Shown: positions 37,148-47,028, counted from the first letter of the stretch. The stretch: DNA of 64,000 bases from Tidjanibacter sp. (GCA_017466345.1 JAFTUI010000001.1:13808-77807); one strand, 5' to 3'. The notes: generated from the sequence alone by a model not told the origin. A program made the numbers and translations.

Positions 37148-37186
37148 AAAGAGAGAGGGCTGTGAAAATTTTCTCACAGCCCTCTC
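37148..37186 (-). terminator. Terminator of the BACON lipoprotein gene
   Basis: GAGAGGGCTGTGA-N8-TCACAGCCCTCTC followed by a T-rich tail on the minus strand. Confidence 0.75.
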
Positions 37187-37210
37187 GTAAATATCGCCAT
37201 CAAAAATTAA

Positions 37211-38617
37211 TTATCGGCGAGCAAAACGATGCTTTGCCACGTTCTTGTTTTTTGTTACCTTCTTTGTGATGGCGGTTGCCTTTTTGCTGACCTTTGCGGG
37301 TGCGGCAGACACCTCCTCTGTGTAGTCGGTAAATTCAAATGCGCTTGTGAATGTGCCGGTTATTGCATAGCCTGCATCATCGGTGCAGTTGAGTGTTACA
37401 GAGTATACACCCTCCTCGCTTGTGGCAGCGATGGTTATAGAGCCGAGTGTGAGGGGAGCCATAGGACCATCTTTAACAATTACCCCATTATCGAATGTCG
37501 CAATCCACGAGCCTACCAAATAACCTTCCTCATCTACATAGCCTTCATCAAAAGTGTATTCATCGCTATCACTGGAAAGATAGGCGATGTAGGTGCCAAC
37601 AATGTCAGTGGCAGTTGATGGCGTCCAAATGCTAAGATAGAGGTTTAAGCCACTTAGCTCATCATTATTTTCATACAAGTCTAGTATGTAGTTGTGACAG
37701 TTGATACCATACCAATCGCCATAGAAATCTGCATAGCCGTATGCTTCATCACCCGAGATGTTGAAAGAGTAGTCATCTGTAAGGTTGCTGTAATAGTAAT
37801 CGCCCGAGCCACCCGAGCCGCCCTCATCATCCGAATAGAGCTCACATTCGAGCGAGCCTTCGTAGGTAATTGTGATGGTCTCGCCACCGACTATTTTTAT
37901 GGTAGCCTCCAACTTTCCATTCGATACCACCACAGTGGCATCTTCGAGGTTGAAAATATCGCCATTCATATAGAAACTATAACCATCTGCAATGGTGCCG
38001 GCAGCGGTAGTTGCCTCGGGGTCGAAGGTGTATGTTCCATTAGGTACAGCATAACCTGTCTCTTCGCCGGCAGTGTCGGAGTAGATGTCGAAGCAGTAGG
38101 CGATAGCGTCAAGTGGCAACTCACCCTCTGCGTCAAATGGTTTGTCGTGCAGGATTACATAGTAGTTGTAGGTCTCACTGTACAAATTACCGTAGTAGGT
38201 ACCAGAGAAGTAGAGTGTGCCCGATTCGGCACCGCCATTGCCACCACTGCTTGCGCCTGCGCCCTTCTGATTTACGGTTACCTCAAATTTGCAATCGCTG
38301 CCATATGTCACCTCGATTGTCGCAAGGCGCGACTCTTTGGAGGTGTTTTCCTCCACAACAAAGGTTACAGTCTCGCCCGTTGTTAGACCGTCAATCCAAT
38401 CGGCAGTGCACTGAGCCTTTACCTGCACACCATTTACGGGATTTTCGATAGTGTATGTAATTTCGCCATTGCCACCCTCAGCGTTAAACTCCATAATAGC
38501 TGCCGATGTGCGGTTGAGTTTTGATTTTGTTTCGGGGTCGGGGGTGTTGCCCGTCTGCTCGCACGATGCCAACAGCAGGGTGCAAAGCGCCATTGTTAAT
38601 GATAGAATTCTCTTCAT
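37211..38617 (-). CDS. BACON-domain surface lipoprotein
   Basis: Lipobox LASC; FNAEGGNGEITYTI...ADWI...FVVEENTSKESR BACON pattern; acidic Tyr-rich domains; start moved to MKRILS. Confidence 0.85.
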   Translation of the reverse strand: MKRILSLTMALCTLLLASCEQTGNTPDPETKSKLNRTSAAIMEFNAEGGNGEITYTIENPVNGVQVKAQCTADWIDGLTTGETVTFVVEENTSKESRLATIEVTYGSDCKFEVTVNQKGAGASSGGNGGAESGTLYFSGTYYGNLYSETYNYYVILHDKPFDAEGELPLDAIAYCFDIYSDTAGEETGYAVPNGTYTFDPEATTAAGTIADGYSFYMNGDIFNLEDATVVVSNGKLEATIKIVGGETITITYEGSLECELYSDDEGGSGGSGDYYYSNLTDDYSFNISGDEAYGYADFYGDWYGINCHNYILDLYENNDELSGLNLYLSIWTPSTATDIVGTYIAYLSSDSDEYTFDEGYVDEEGYLVGSWIATFDNGVIVKDGPMAPLTLGSITIAATSEEGVYSVTLNCTDDAGYAITGTFTSAFEFTDYTEEVSAAPAKVSKKATAITKKVTKNKNVAKHRFARR

Positions 38618-38866
38618 AGTCGAAATGTTTGTAAATCTATAATGTTTTATAATTAGTACAAAATTAAGGTTTTGCCCCGAAAATGCAAAATTATGACTCA
38701 TTTTTCTGCCTTTTCTGCCAGCAAGCCACTAAAATCCCCTTAGAGAAGGAGGTCTTCGAGGGTCGCAGGTTGTGTGAGCGATACAATAGAACTACCACAT
38801 AAGCCTCCCTTTGTCAAAGGGAGGTTTGGAGGGAATGTAAAAATAGTCGCGGAAACTTTCCGCGAC

Positions 38867-38900
38867 AAAAAAAAAACGACAGCATTTGGCTGTCGTTTTT
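38867..38900 (-). terminator. tRNA-Gly terminator
   Basis: AAAAACGACAGC-ATTTG-GCTGTCGTTTTT with a long T-run on the minus strand. Confidence 0.8.
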
Positions 38901-38904
38901 GTTT

Positions 38905-38980
38905 TGGAGCGGAAAACGGGACTCGAACCCGCGACCCTCGGCTTGGGAAGCCGATGCTCTACCAACTGAGCTATTTCCGC
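38905..38980 (-). tRNA. tRNA-Gly(CCC)
   Basis: GCGGAAA acceptor stem; anticodon arm TCGGC-TTCCCAA-GCCGA; GGTTCGAGTCC T-arm; U discriminator; CCA encoded. Confidence 0.96.
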
Positions 38981-39038
38981 AGTGATTGTGGCCGCAATAA
39001 CACAACTTCTATGCTCTTGCGACCACAAAGGTATAAAT

Positions 39039-39875
39039 TTATTCGTTACATTGTACGCCCTCAGGGTCAAAAATCGAGTTTAGCACATACGCCAAGCGAT
39101 AGCCACCAACAAGCAGTCTATTTTCCAACAGTGGCGAAAAGTCGAAGACAAACTGGTACGACAAGTTGGGATTTTCCTCGCCCAATGTCTCCACATAGTT
39201 GTAGATGCTTGCTGCTCCTTCTACGGTTTCGCAAAACCACTCCTCAAACGAGCCGACCGTAAGGTTCTGAGCAAACTCAGGGCAAACATTGCGGTCGAGC
39301 TGGTCGCGCCACTCGCTGTAACTCCACGAGCGAGCCGACTCCACAATCTTGCTATCCCACACCGAGTGGAGATTGGTGTTTCTGCCAAACCACCTGACCT
39401 TAGTGCGATTGCCACCCAAATCCGAGAGTCTGCCGGCGTGCATTGGGCAGTGCATATCGCCAACCATATGGACAATCATCTTCACATAGTCGCTACGCAT
39501 ACTATCGGTAAGATTCTCGTAGTTGTTTTGGAGTTGGTCGGTAAGCGTGGTGAGTGCTACCACAACATCGCCCTTCTCGTTTTTCTTCATTGTCTGGTAG
39601 GTTTCGCCCTTATCCACATTGGCATAGTGCCAAGTCTTGGTCTGGTTGTAGCCATTTTCCCAATAGGGCGAGTTCTGGATGTTGTCCATCCACGAGGAGT
39701 AGTAGACAATCGAGCGACCATCGAGGAGTTCGTTGAGTTTTGCTTTGGTCTTGTCCGTAAGGTGATTTTCGGCAATGGCTGCCACCACATCGTGTCCTGT
39801 GGGACCCCAACCGAAGGTAGTAAGTGAGTTAAGTAAAAATACACAACTCAATGCGGATAATAAAATCTTCTTCAT
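39039..39875 (-). CDS. S1/P1 nuclease family protein
   Basis: Signal peptide followed by WGPTGH; WHYANVD, HMVGDMHCPMH and NLHSVWD motifs. Confidence 0.93.
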   Translation of the reverse strand: MKKILLSALSCVFLLNSLTTFGWGPTGHDVVAAIAENHLTDKTKAKLNELLDGRSIVYYSSWMDNIQNSPYWENGYNQTKTWHYANVDKGETYQTMKKNEKGDVVVALTTLTDQLQNNYENLTDSMRSDYVKMIVHMVGDMHCPMHAGRLSDLGGNRTKVRWFGRNTNLHSVWDSKIVESARSWSYSEWRDQLDRNVCPEFAQNLTVGSFEEWFCETVEGAASIYNYVETLGEENPNLSYQFVFDFSPLLENRLLVGGYRLAYVLNSIFDPEGVQCNE

Positions 39876-39895
39876 CTTTGGGCTGTTTTGTTTGA

Positions 39896-41689
39896 TTATT
39901 GATTCATAGTTATAAGCAATTCCTCGTTGCTGGCGGTGTTCTGCATCTGCTTCTGCATAAGTTCCATAGCCTCCACAGAGGTCATATCAGCCAGGTGTCG
40001 GCGCAGTACCCAAGTGCGGCTCAGTGCCTCTTTGCTTGTCAGCAGATCCTCGCGGCGTGTGCCACTTGCTGCAACATCCACTGCGGGATATATGCGTTTG
40101 TTGGCGAGCTTGCGGTCGAGCTGCAACTCCATATTGCCCGTACCCTTGAACTCCTCGAAGATAACCTCGTCCATCTTCGAGCCCGTATCCAAAAGTGCTG
40201 TTGCGATGATTGTGAGTGAGCCACGCTCCTCGGTCTTACGAGCCGCACCAAAGAAGCGTTTTGGTTTGTGGAGTGCGTTGGCATCCACACCGCCCGAAAG
40301 CACCTTACCCGAAGCGGGCTGTACGGTGTTGTAGGCGCGTGCAAGGCGAGTGATGGAGTCCAATAGGATGACCACATCGTGACCGCACTCAACCATACGT
40401 TTTGCCTTCTCCAAGACCATCTCAGCAACCTTGACGTGGCGCGAAGCCTGCTCATCGAAGGTCGAGGATACAACCTCGGCTTTGACGTGGCGAGCCATCT
40501 CGGTAACCTCCTCAGGACGCTCGTCAATGAGCAATACGATAAGATAAACCTCTGGGTGGTTGTCGGCAATGGCGTTGGCTATCTCTTGGAGTATCATTGT
40601 CTTACCCGTCTTGGGCTGAGCTACAATCATACCCCTCTGACCTTTACCGATGGGGGCAAAGAGGTCGATGATGCGCGTTGTGAGATTGTTGTGCCCGTTG
40701 CCCGTAAGGCAGAATTTCTCCTGTGGGAAGAGAGGAGTCATATACTCAAACTGCATCCTATCCCTAAGATTTTCGGGCGCAAGACCATTGACCTCCAAGA
40801 CCTTCACTAAGGGGAAGTATTTTTCGCCCTCTTTGGGTGGTCGGATGATGCCCATAACGGTGTCGCCCACCTTCAAACCCCAGTTCTTGATTTGCGAGGG
40901 TGCAACATAAATATCATCGGGCGAGTTGAGATAGTTGTAGTCTGCCGAGCGCAAGAAGCCATAACCATCGGGCATAATCTCCAACACACCTTCGCCCTCA
41001 ACAGCCACATTCTCAATCTCCTGCTGAACATATACACTCTCGTCATACTCATCCTCAATGCTTGCCAAGAGAGCTTCGCCAGCATCGGGCTCTGCTACGA
41101 CAGCGGTGGCGGCTGCGGCTGCCTTCTCTGCCTCAACGAGGGCTTTGGGCTTGCGACCACGGCGAGGCTTGGGTGCCTCCTCTACGGGCGTAGTATCCTC
41201 AGCAGCTACCTCTTCCGTTACCAAAGGAAGCTCAACTGTGGCAGGAGTTGCAACAACCTCTTCGGGCAGAGGATTTTTGCGAGGACGACCGCGCTTGCGG
41301 GGCTTGGGTTCCTCAGCAGGTGCCTCTTTGGTTTCCTGCTCGGCGGCTTGCGTGTCTGCTGCCACTTCCGCTTCTGATGGGGGCGTTACTTCGCTGCCGC
41401 TATCTGCTTGCGTGTTCTCCATTATTACCTCTTCGCTTTCGTTGTGACGGATGGAAAACTCTACCTTGCGTGGAGAGGTTATGCGCTTGCGCGTGCGGCG
41501 CTGAGGTGTCGCCTCGCTGCCCTCTTCTAATAGTCCTTTTTCGGCTGCAACCTCATCCTCGGTGCGCGTGGCATCAATGATTTTTGCAACAAGTTTTTCG
41601 CGCCCAGAACGAATATCGAGCCCGAGCGCACGAGCAATCTCTCGGAGCTCCGAGAGGCTTTTGCCCATCAATGTATCCATATCCTGCAT
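39896..41689 (-). CDS. rho: Transcription termination factor Rho with a long N-terminal low-complexity insertion
   Basis: [35 protein letters not shown] and [10 protein letters not shown] motifs; promoter TACCTTTG on the minus strand at 41776-41783. Confidence 0.97.
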   Translation of the reverse strand: MQDMDTLMGKSLSELREIARALGLDIRSGREKLVAKIIDATRTEDEVAAEKGLLEEGSEATPQRRTRKRITSPRKVEFSIRHNESEEVIMENTQADSGSEVTPPSEAEVAADTQAAEQETKEAPAEEPKPRKRGRPRKNPLPEEVVATPATVELPLVTEEVAAEDTTPVEEAPKPRRGRKPKALVEAEKAAAAATAVVAEPDAGEALLASIEDEYDESVYVQQEIENVAVEGEGVLEIMPDGYGFLRSADYNYLNSPDDIYVAPSQIKNWGLKVGDTVMGIIRPPKEGEKYFPLVKVLEVNGLAPENLRDRMQFEYMTPLFPQEKFCLTGNGHNNLTTRIIDLFAPIGKGQRGMIVAQPKTGKTMILQEIANAIADNHPEVYLIVLLIDERPEEVTEMARHVKAEVVSSTFDEQASRHVKVAEMVLEKAKRMVECGHDVVILLDSITRLARAYNTVQPASGKVLSGGVDANALHKPKRFFGAARKTEERGSLTIIATALLDTGSKMDEVIFEEFKGTGNMELQLDRKLANKRIYPAVDVAASGTRREDLLTSKEALSRTWVLRRHLADMTSVEAMELMQKQMQNTASNEELLITMNQ

Positions 41690-41958
41690 AACAGATTTGG
41701 TATAAGATTTTATTAAACAACGTCTTTGTGGATTTATGGTGCCCGAAAAGACACCACAATGCGATTGAACGAGTACAAAGGTAGGAATTTTTTGCGAAAT
41801 ATCAATATCACAAAACTATTTTTTCGCCCTCCGCAAGAATAGTACCAGAGGGAGTGAGAATTCAAAATTCAAAATTATTTTTCCTCCCCTAACTTAGAGG
41901 AGGGTTACACACGCCACCTCACTGCGTGGCACACCTCTAACTTAGGTGCACAGAACAA

Positions 41959-42004
41959 CTTTCAACTCTCAATTTTCCACTTTCAACTTATTTCACTATA
42001 TTTG
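41959..42004 (+). promoter_or_regulatory. Promoter with an upstream heptamer array
   Basis: TATATTTG at 41997-42004; heptamers at 41959-41986; TTTC 19 nt upstream. Confidence 0.7.
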
Positions 42005-42031
42005 TACTACTGAACCAAACGAGTAAATGAT

Positions 42032-42568
42032 ATGTCAATGATTTTCAAATTTCGTATGCTTTCCGATGAGAGCGATGTGTTCGTTAGGGACTATGAGGTA
42101 AGGTACGATATGAACCTCTTGGAGTTCAACGACTTCATCTGCCGCGACCTCCGCTACGACAATTCGGGTATGACCTCTTTCTTTCTCTCCGATGGCGAGT
42201 GGCGCAAGTTGCGCGAATTTACGCTGATGGATATGGGCGAGGGTATGGGTGGCTTCCACGATAGCGACAGCGAGCCCCCAATGCCTATGGAAAAAGTCGT
42301 GCTCGGACAGCTCATTCACGAAAACCACGACCGCCTGATTTGGCAGTTCGATATGTTCGCCGACCGTGCCTACTATCTCGAACTCATAGAGGCTAAGTTT
42401 GTGGAGGAGGGTGTAGAGTATCCTCGCACACTCTTTGCACACGGCGAGCCCTCCGACCAATACGACCCCGAAGCGGGTGGAGTGGGCGAGAAGAGCATCT
42501 TCGAGGAGATGATGGACGACTTTGGCGACTTCGGAGGTGGCGATGATAGCTACGATGACGAGTACTAA
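42032..42568 (+). CDS. Conserved protein (pRiA4b ORF3-like family) coupled to miaA
   Basis: F+DFICRDL, SFFLSDGEW and LIWQFDM motifs; acidic tail; overlaps the miaA start. Confidence 0.75.
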   Translation: MSMIFKFRMLSDESDVFVRDYEVRYDMNLLEFNDFICRDLRYDNSGMTSFFLSDGEWRKLREFTLMDMGEGMGGFHDSDSEPPMPMEKVVLGQLIHENHDRLIWQFDMFADRAYYLELIEAKFVEEGVEYPRTLFAHGEPSDQYDPEAGGVGEKSIFEEMMDDFGDFGGGDDSYDDEY

Positions 42569-43487
42569 ACAAAATAATCACAAACCGCTACTGCTGGTGG
42601 TTGTAGGACCTACGGGGTCGGGCAAAACCGACTTCGCGGTGGCTCTTGCACGCCACTTCCAGACCGAGATAATCTCCACCGACTCGCGCCAATTCTATCG
42701 CGGTATGCCTATCGGCACCGCACAGCCCACTGCCGAACAACTCGCTGCCGTACCACACCACTTCATTGCCGACCGTCTGCCCGAAGAGGAACTCTCAGCG
42801 GGAGGTTACGAAAGGGAGGCTTTGGAGCGCTTGGAGAGCCTTTTTGAGCGTCACGATATTGTGGTGGCTGTTGGAGGCTCGGGGCTCTATATTGATGCAC
42901 TCTGCGAGGGTTTCGATGCACTACCTTGCGACACTGCCGAGATACGCGCACAACTTATGGAGCAACTCGCCACAAAAGGCTTAGAGAGTCTTGTGGAGGA
43001 ACTTCGAGAGCGTGATGAGGCATATTGGCAGGTGGTGGATAGGCACAACCCTGCGAGGGTTGTGAGGGCTTTGGAGGTCTGCATTGCCAGCGGTAAGCCA
43101 TACTCCGAGCAACGCACCGCCACAAAGCGTGAGCGACCTTTCGAGGTCGTGAAGGTGGGCGTACTGTGGGAGCGCGAGGTGCTCTACGACCGCATAAACC
43201 GCAGAGTAGATATGATGGTTGAAGAGGGTTTGGAGGCTGAGGCTCGCTCGGTCTATCATCTGCGCCACCTTAGTTCGTTGCAGACGGTTGGTTATCGCGA
43301 GTTTTTCGATTACTTCGATGGCAACATTTCGCGTGAAGAGGCAGTGGAACTTATAAAACGCAACACACGCCGCTATGCCAAGCGACAAATGACCTGGTTC
43401 CGCCGCGATAGCTCCATACATTGGCTCACAACCGAAGAGCTCAGTGCCGAGAGAGTGGAAGAACTATGTCTGACGTCTAACGTCTAA
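42555..43487 (+). CDS. miaA: tRNA dimethylallyltransferase
   Basis: VGPTGSGKT, STDSRQFY, GGSGLY, RVVRALE, QTVGYRE and RRYAKRQMTWF motifs; start moved to MTSTKQ. Confidence 0.95.
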   Translation: MTSTKQNNHKPLLLVVVGPTGSGKTDFAVALARHFQTEIISTDSRQFYRGMPIGTAQPTAEQLAAVPHHFIADRLPEEELSAGGYEREALERLESLFERHDIVVAVGGSGLYIDALCEGFDALPCDTAEIRAQLMEQLATKGLESLVEELRERDEAYWQVVDRHNPARVVRALEVCIASGKPYSEQRTATKRERPFEVVKVGVLWEREVLYDRINRRVDMMVEEGLEAEARSVYHLRHLSSLQTVGYREFFDYFDGNISREEAVELIKRNTRRYAKRQMTWFRRDSSIHWLTTEELSAERVEELCLTSNV

Positions 43488-43506
43488 CGTCTAACGTCAT
43501 TAGTCC
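43468..43506 (+). repeat. (GTCTAAC)n array overlapping the miaA stop
   Basis: GTCTGAC, then GTCTAAC x3, then GTCATTAGTCC; the TAA stop at 43485-43487 lies inside a unit. Confidence 0.85.
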
Positions 43507-43557
43507 TGTGTTCCCCATCTCTCCTGCAAAAGATACAAGAATAATAAGCTCATACGC

Positions 43558-43600
43558 AAAAAATATCTGGTAACCCCCGAAAAGGCTACCAGATTTTTTT
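43558..43600. terminator. Bidirectional terminator
   Basis: ATCTGGTA...TACCAGAT stem flanked by an A-run and a T-run between convergent operons. Confidence 0.65.
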
Positions 43601-43688
43601 TATAGAGTAGGACTTTATAATTGGCTTGTGGGGTGTTTCAACTTCCACAAAATTATTCAACGTGCAAAAATACTATCCAGGGCGTTGA

Positions 43689-44150
43689 TTAATTTCCGAG
43701 TATTTCTGATGGAATGGCAGAGCGAACATAGGTTAGGCGCTCCAAGGGGTCGTCTTTTGCTTCGAGGAGCATCTCTTCGGCTGTGAGGCTCTCGACAATG
43801 TAGCGGTGGTTCCATTCACCAGCACCGTGGTCGTACTCGCCACGCAGCACCGCCTTGCCCAACTCCTCATCAACATAGATGTTGTATCTGCCCGTAAGTG
43901 TGCGGGTGTAGTGGCTGTCGGTGTTTTGGTACATCGTGAAAGTGCGGTCGGAGCGCACAAAGTCAATGTAGACATCGAGCCCCTCAGGGAGTGTCGCATC
44001 GTTCCACAGCAAGAGCTTCCAACTGCCCGAAATGTTGTTGGGCGTAACCTCCAACTGTGTAGGTGTCTGAGGTTCGGTGGCGGGTTGCTCACAAGCGAAG
44101 CCCACGAACATCAAGGCTCCAACTACCAAAAGTTTAACAATCTTTTTCAT
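43689..44150 (-). CDS. Lipocalin-like lipoprotein
   Basis: Lipobox GFAC; NISGSWKL motif; last gene of the SusC/D locus. Confidence 0.8.
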   Translation of the reverse strand: MKKIVKLLVVGALMFVGFACEQPATEPQTPTQLEVTPNNISGSWKLLLWNDATLPEGLDVYIDFVRSDRTFTMYQNTDSHYTRTLTGRYNIYVDEELGKAVLRGEYDHGAGEWNHRYIVESLTAEEMLLEAKDDPLERLTYVRSAIPSEILGN

Positions 44151-44161
44151 CTTTCGTTACT

Positions 44162-44929
44162 TTATCTTTTTTCAATTTCTATCTCAATTTTTCTCTCGCG
44201 AGGTGGAGCATTCACGCCCCCCAAAAAGAGTATAGGCTTTACATCGGTGGCCTCTAATTCCACAACAAGCACCCCCTCTTCGCCACTCTGCAATACACTT
44301 GGCTCGGTGTAGGCGCTAATTCCTCCGAGTGAGAGTCTGCTATCGTGCAGAACCCTCAGAGGTTCACTGCCGCAGTTCCTGACTGCTATCTCCATCTTTC
44401 CGCCCTCTGCGGGGAGTGTCAGCGTGCGATTGCGCAGTCCTAACGTACCCATCAAGTGGGGGTAGAGTGAGGCACGGTCGGCGGAGAGTTCTACACTACC
44501 CACAATCTCCACAATGGCTGTGGGCTTACTCTCCGAGAGAGTGGTGTAGATGAAAATACGCTGTCGGATGCCACCTGTGTGTCCCTTTGGACGATACTCT
44601 ACCTCCAAAGTACCACTTGTGGCGCTCATACTCTTGCGTCTATCCCATTCGGCGACCAAACATCCGCAACTTGTCTTAATTTGCGTGATGGTTACCCTTT
44701 GTCCCTCGCTACTCCTCCAATGGAGCGTTGTGCGCCACGGTTCGGAGTCCTCGCTGATGGTGCCAAACGACACCCTCTCGCCCTGCTCAAAGAGCATCAC
44801 TCTCTTCCCGATAGTCGAAGGGTTGGCAGCCTCCTCAATGCGCTCTTGGGGTATGAGGCGTATCTGAGCTGTCGCTACGCCCAAAGTGCCCAATAGCAGA
44901 AAGAGTATGCCAACTATGCCCCTTCGCAT
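44162..44929 (-). CDS. DUF1573-like Ig-fold periplasmic protein
   Basis: Signal peptide; FGTISED...ITQIKTSCGC and GTLEVEYRP motifs; start moved to MRRGIV. Confidence 0.8.
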   Translation of the reverse strand: MRRGIVGILFLLLGTLGVATAQIRLIPQERIEEAANPSTIGKRVMLFEQGERVSFGTISEDSEPWRTTLHWRSSEGQRVTITQIKTSCGCLVAEWDRRKSMSATSGTLEVEYRPKGHTGGIRQRIFIYTTLSESKPTAIVEIVGSVELSADRASLYPHLMGTLGLRNRTLTLPAEGGKMEIAVRNCGSEPLRVLHDSRLSLGGISAYTEPSVLQSGEEGVLVVELEATDVKPILFLGGVNAPPRERKIEIEIEKR

Positions 44930-44951
44930 TCTTCCTTGCGGTTTTGAGTTT

Positions 44952-46961
44952 TTACATCCAACCGTTGGAGTTGGCACCTTTGCGAACGGTAATCACAAAG
45001 TCGTGCTGTTCGGTGCGACTGCCCTTGACTACGAGTTTTGCGCCCGTAGTGCCACTCTTCTTACCCTCGAAGAATAGTTTGCCATCGCTCTGGCGGCAGG
45101 TGGCAATCTCTTGGTTTTCAATTACAATCTCGAACTCATTATCCTCGCCCTCTGGGAAGAAACGTGCAGGATTGATGGCGTACTCTTCGCCCACGGGAAC
45201 ATAGATGTTGGGGAAGTGCATCGGAACGCCCACGCCCTCAATTTTGGCGAGCAGTGCCGCAGCATCCACCTGACCTGCGCCCATCTTATTTTTATAAAGA
45301 CTCAGGTCCATCTGCATAGGCTGCAAGGGACCAATGTCGGCAACATAGCGGCGGTATGACTTGGTGCCCACGCAGTATTCATCAATCGGACGAGCGGTAG
45401 AGTAGAGCGCCTCTTTGAGTTGGTCGGGAGTGAGGCTTATGGCCAACTCCGAAGCGTGCGAGATAGCGAGTGCCAAGACGCCTGAGATATGAGGACAAGC
45501 CATCGAGGTACCCTCCATCCAACCATAACCACTCTCGCTGACATTGGTGGGCAGGGTTGAGAGGATACATCCCACCTCTCCGTAGTTGTGATCATCGTCT
45601 TTATAGTCCCAATAGTAGTCTTGGTCGCCACCAGGGGCAGAGATAGTAGTACCCGTGCCATAGTTGGTATAGACTGCGGGGGTAAAGTCGGCAGCGGTGG
45701 CAGCAACCGAAACTGCAAAGTCCGCAGCACCTGGGTAACCAGCCGAAGGAGCACTCTCGTTGCCACCCGCAAAGACTACTACACCACCCGTAATAGGTCC
45801 GTTGGGCGAACCTGCATTGTGTACAAAGTAGTCGAGAGCTTCATATTCGAGCGGAGAGCCCATTTTCCACTCCTCTTCGGTGTGGAAGCCCTGCTCGCCC
45901 CAGTCGTACTCGTTGGCAGTACCCGAAACATAACCCCAGCTGCACTGCAAAACAACAGCACCATTGTCGGCAGCATATTTCATCGCCCTGGCAACATCCA
46001 AAACACTCGCGCCCACATTGCCGGAGAAAATCTGGCACGACATAATCTTCACGCCACCCTTTGTGCCATTGCCACCAGCAATAGAGGCAATGCCTACGCC
46101 ATTGTTGTTCACTGCCGATATAACACCTGCAACGTGGCTACCGTGTCCCGAATCGAGATAGTGGTTCCAAGTAATCACGCCACTCTTTCTGGCGAAGTTG
46201 TAGCCATTGATGTCGCCCTTGTAGCCATTGTTGTCGTTATCTTCGTGGGAGTGTGCAATCTCATCCTCATTTACCCAAATGTTGGCTTTCAGGTCGGGGT
46301 GCTCAACACATACACCCTCATCCAACACAGCGACAATTATATCCTCCGAGCCTGTCGAGAGCATCCAAGCACCCTCGGCGCGAACATCGGCACCAGCAAT
46401 ACATTTGCTTGCCAGATTTTCGCCCGTATTTATAAGGTTCCACTGGCTGCCCAGCAATGGGTCGTTCATAGCACCCACCGAGCCTCCCGCGCGAGTCAAA
46501 TCCTCCAATTTAAGGGGCGTAGCCTTACCATTATAGGCACGTTTTACGGTGCGGTTGAGGTCCACCCTCTGCACCTCGCCCAATGCAGACAACTTATCTG
46601 CCACACTCTCTACGCTCTCGCCCCTAAAACGCACCACATACCAAAGGTGCATACCGCTCTTGCGGGTAATCTCCTCGCGGCGTGAGTCAATTGGGAAGAC
46701 CCTCTCTAACTCGTATGCGCCCACAGCCTCCAACACCTCGTCAACCGAGGGAATGGTGCTGCGCGTAATATCCGTGCGAGTTTGCAACATACTCTCCACT
46801 TCGGGCGTGAATTTAATCATCAACTCGCCCTCCACAAAAGCCTTCTCTTCCTCCAACGGAGCCGAACTATCGGCCGTGGGAATGTCGTTAAGGCAGCCAA
46901 CAAGCAACAGCGTACTTGCAAGCGAAATGGTAAGAGGTAATATCTGTTTTGTAATCTTCAT
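44952..46961 (-). CDS. S8 subtilisin-family serine protease lipoprotein
   Basis: Lipobox LVGC; propeptide; catalytic triad motifs VAVLDEG, GHGSHVAG and GTSMACPH. Confidence 0.93.
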   Translation of the reverse strand: MKITKQILPLTISLASTLLLVGCLNDIPTADSSAPLEEEKAFVEGELMIKFTPEVESMLQTRTDITRSTIPSVDEVLEAVGAYELERVFPIDSRREEITRKSGMHLWYVVRFRGESVESVADKLSALGEVQRVDLNRTVKRAYNGKATPLKLEDLTRAGGSVGAMNDPLLGSQWNLINTGENLASKCIAGADVRAEGAWMLSTGSEDIIVAVLDEGVCVEHPDLKANIWVNEDEIAHSHEDNDNNGYKGDINGYNFARKSGVITWNHYLDSGHGSHVAGVISAVNNNGVGIASIAGGNGTKGGVKIMSCQIFSGNVGASVLDVARAMKYAADNGAVVLQCSWGYVSGTANEYDWGEQGFHTEEEWKMGSPLEYEALDYFVHNAGSPNGPITGGVVVFAGGNESAPSAGYPGAADFAVSVAATAADFTPAVYTNYGTGTTISAPGGDQDYYWDYKDDDHNYGEVGCILSTLPTNVSESGYGWMEGTSMACPHISGVLALAISHASELAISLTPDQLKEALYSTARPIDEYCVGTKSYRRYVADIGPLQPMQMDLSLYKNKMGAGQVDAAALLAKIEGVGVPMHFPNIYVPVGEEYAINPARFFPEGEDNEFEIVIENQEIATCRQSDGKLFFEGKKSGTTGAKLVVKGSRTEQHDFVITVRKGANSNGWM

Positions 46962-47028
46962 AAGTCTTTATTTATTAATCTTATAGATTGAAATAATATA
47001 CTTTATCCAAAACATTCACAGCAGACTG

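Noticed and set aside
42032-42568. IS passenger gene or IS element
   Set aside because: The family is sometimes labelled an IS1096 passenger, but here there is no transposase or terminal repeat, and the gene overlaps miaA as in a core operon.
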